Assembly: GCA_963666365.2 (NCBI GenBank)
Contig: CAXXNF010000002.1
Coordinates: 32,001-96,000, forward strand
DNA from: Syntrophales bacterium
Lineage (GTDB): Bacteria > Desulfobacterota > Syntrophia > Syntrophales > UBA2210
Direction of reading: 5' to 3'
DNA: 64,000 nt
Below are positions 27,001-30,000 of this stretch, piece after piece (the first letter of the stretch is position 1; the number at the start of each line of letters is the position of its first letter). A model generated the notes under the pieces. That model had not been told where the DNA came from, did no database searches, and saw only the letters and a program-made list of their open reading frames with translations. Made by a program: the position numbers and the translations under genes.

Positions 27001-30000
27001 TTCGGCGGCGTGCCGCTGCCCAGCATCACAGTGGAAGTGCTGGCAGCGGAAGGCGACGGGATGATCACCGCCTCCGATTTCGCGGCGCCGGCCCTTGCTG
27101 CCTATACCACTAAATCGAACCAGAATTTCCTGGATCTTACCATGGTGGTGCGCGAATTCCTGGCCTCCGGAAAGACCTGGCTTACGCTGCGCCTCCAGAG
27201 CGAATCGGCGATTACCCTGCGAAGGGCGTGGCTGGCCGACGACAGTGCCACCGGCCTGATCGTCGAGACGGTGGAGCGGACCGGGGTGGTGGCCGATCTC
27301 TACACCTATGAGGGGCGTCTGCTTGTCCAGGGACAGTCGATCGTCGACCTGAGCCGGTTCCCCGCAGGCACCTATTTCCTCAAGGTCTACGATCCGAACA
27401 ACGCGATCGGCACGGAAAAGGTGCTCGACGACCAGGGCCACCAGATCGGCAGTCCCACACTACTGACCGCCGTGGGCGACATGGCCTACTTTGTCCACGA
27501 GACCAAATTGTGGCGCACCAATGGTGTGTCGGTTGCCGAAGTGAAGATCGCCGGAATACCGAATGGCAGCGTGTTCAGTCCTGCCAATCTGATTGGTGTG
27601 GGCGAGACGCTTTTCTTCACGGTTGGCAGCGGTGCAGATACGGAACTGTGGAAAACCGCAGGCGTCTTCGCCGAGAAGGTGGGCGACCTGAGCAATGGCC
27701 CGGCCCATATGACCGCCGTGGGCGACAGTCTGTTCTTCTTTATCGATACGTCCCTCTATGCCAGTGACGATTCGAGCGTCGAATTCGTGAAGACTCTTGC
27801 TGATATTGCCGCCTCTGATATCACCGACCCGGTTGCTTCCGGAGAGGTATTCTTCTTCCAGGTACAGGGCGCCCTCTGGAAGAGCGACGGCACCGCGGAC
27901 GGTACCGCTGCGGTATCCATCGTCGATCCGGGTGTGATCGATTCCCAGGATCTGGTGGCCATGAACGGCTTCCTCTACTATCTGGTCCGCGAGGGATCGG
28001 TGGTGACACTGTGGAAGGCCAGCCCCCTTGAGGGCGAACTGACCGGAGCGGAGCCCCTGAGCATAGCCGCCCTGGCGGCGATCGATGCCACGGCGACCGA
28101 TCTCCTGGGCGTCCTCGACGGTCGTCTGCTCTTCACGGTAACCGATGGTAAGGGTACAGGAACTACTGACGACGATGAAGTCCAGCTCTGGATCACCAAC
28201 GGGAACGGCGACAAGTTCTTCGGCGATGACGTGGACGGCACGTATATGATCAACGCCGACATCGGCGGCAGCGCCGATTACCTGAAGATCGCCGACGGTC
28301 TGCTCCACTTCGCCACGAAGGTGGCCGACAACGTCTTCCAGGTCTGGACCACCGACGGTGCCGAGGCCGGTACCGTCCAGAAGATCGGCGATGCTCCGGG
28401 CGTCATTACCGCGGCGGCTGATCTGCTCCCCGGCAGGATTATGGAAACGGTCGACCTTGGCGGGACCCTGTATCTTCTGACCGAAACCGATACCTATCCG
28501 ATGCTCTGGAAGAGCGACGGCACGAAACTGGAGCTTGTGACCACCCTGTCCGGTGAGGCCTACGGGCTTACCGTGGTGCGTGATACGCTGTATTTCGCAG
28601 TACGGATGGCGGATGCCGTCACTGAAGACAACGATACGCCCGATGACGATTCCGACGACTGGACCCGCGACGGCTACACGCTCTGGAAGAGCGACGGTTC
28701 CGCCGCCGGTACGATCATGGTGAAGAACCTGGGGAATATCAATCCGGGCATCATTGACAATCTCTCGGCAGTGGGGACGCGGCTGATATTCACATGTCTT
28801 AACGTGGATGACGGCACCTATGACTACAGCCTCTGGGTCACCGATGGGACCGGTGTGGGCACGGTGCCCATCGCGAGCGGCTCGGCCGGTACGCTGCCCT
28901 ATGGAACCGCCGCGATCACACCGAAGAATTTTATCACTGTGGGTGAAACCCTGTTCTTTACCTTCCAGGGGGCGCTGTACAAGACCAACGGGACGGAAGA
29001 GAGCACGGAGAAAGTGAAGGAAGGAACCTTTACGCTCCTGACCGATGTCAACGGCACACTCTTCTTCGAGACCGGCGGGGCCCTCTGGCGGTCAACCGGC
29101 ACCCTGGTGGACGTGCCCTTCACCGTAGCGGCCAAGGCGCCCATCGCCGGCGCGAGCCATGCCGCCGCCGACCGTGACGTGATCCACGGCGGCGACGGGG
29201 ACGACATCCTCATCGGCAACGCCGATCACGACCAGCTCTTCGGCGAGAGCGGCGAGGACTTCTTCGTGGCCGAATCGAAGGAGATCAGGGATCTGGCTTC
29301 CTATGAGACCTTCGATCTGCCGCCGGCCGCCGAATTCAGCGTGAATCAGCCGCGATCCAGCGACACGGAAGTGTATATTCCCGACAATGCGCTGCGGGCC
29401 GGCATTGCCCGGGCGCTGGATATCCCCGTGACGACGGACTACCTGGGCCGGCCGCTGGCGCACGAACCGATTTACGCCAGCGCCATGTCCACGCTGACGG
29501 AACTGCAGCTTTTCGGTCTGGGGATCGAAAATCTGACGGGCATCCAGTTTGCGAACAACGTGACCGTGCTGAACCTGAACGACAATCGAATTATGGATCT
29601 CGGCCTGCTCGTGCCGGCCACCGATCCGATCACCGGCGCGCCCACGGGCATGGCCAACCTGGGGATCTTCACCATCGATCACAACGGCGGTGGCGCTCTC
29701 TCCTTCGACGGCGTGGACGACTATGTGGATATCGAGGCCGATGTGTCCGAAATCGAGCTGACGGTCACCTTCTGGTTCAGGTCCGATAGGGGCAACGTCG
29801 GCCTGTTCAGTGCCGATGCGGGCATCCGCGGGTCCGAAGGCCACGATAGGGATATCTATCTCGATGCAGCGGGGCACATGGTCGCGCTGCTCTGGGACGG
29901 CGACTCATCACAGTACGAAGCGCTGATAACCGACGCAGCTTTCGCCGATGGTCAGTGGCACCATGTGGCCTATCTGTACAGCGACAACGGTGCCGGCACA

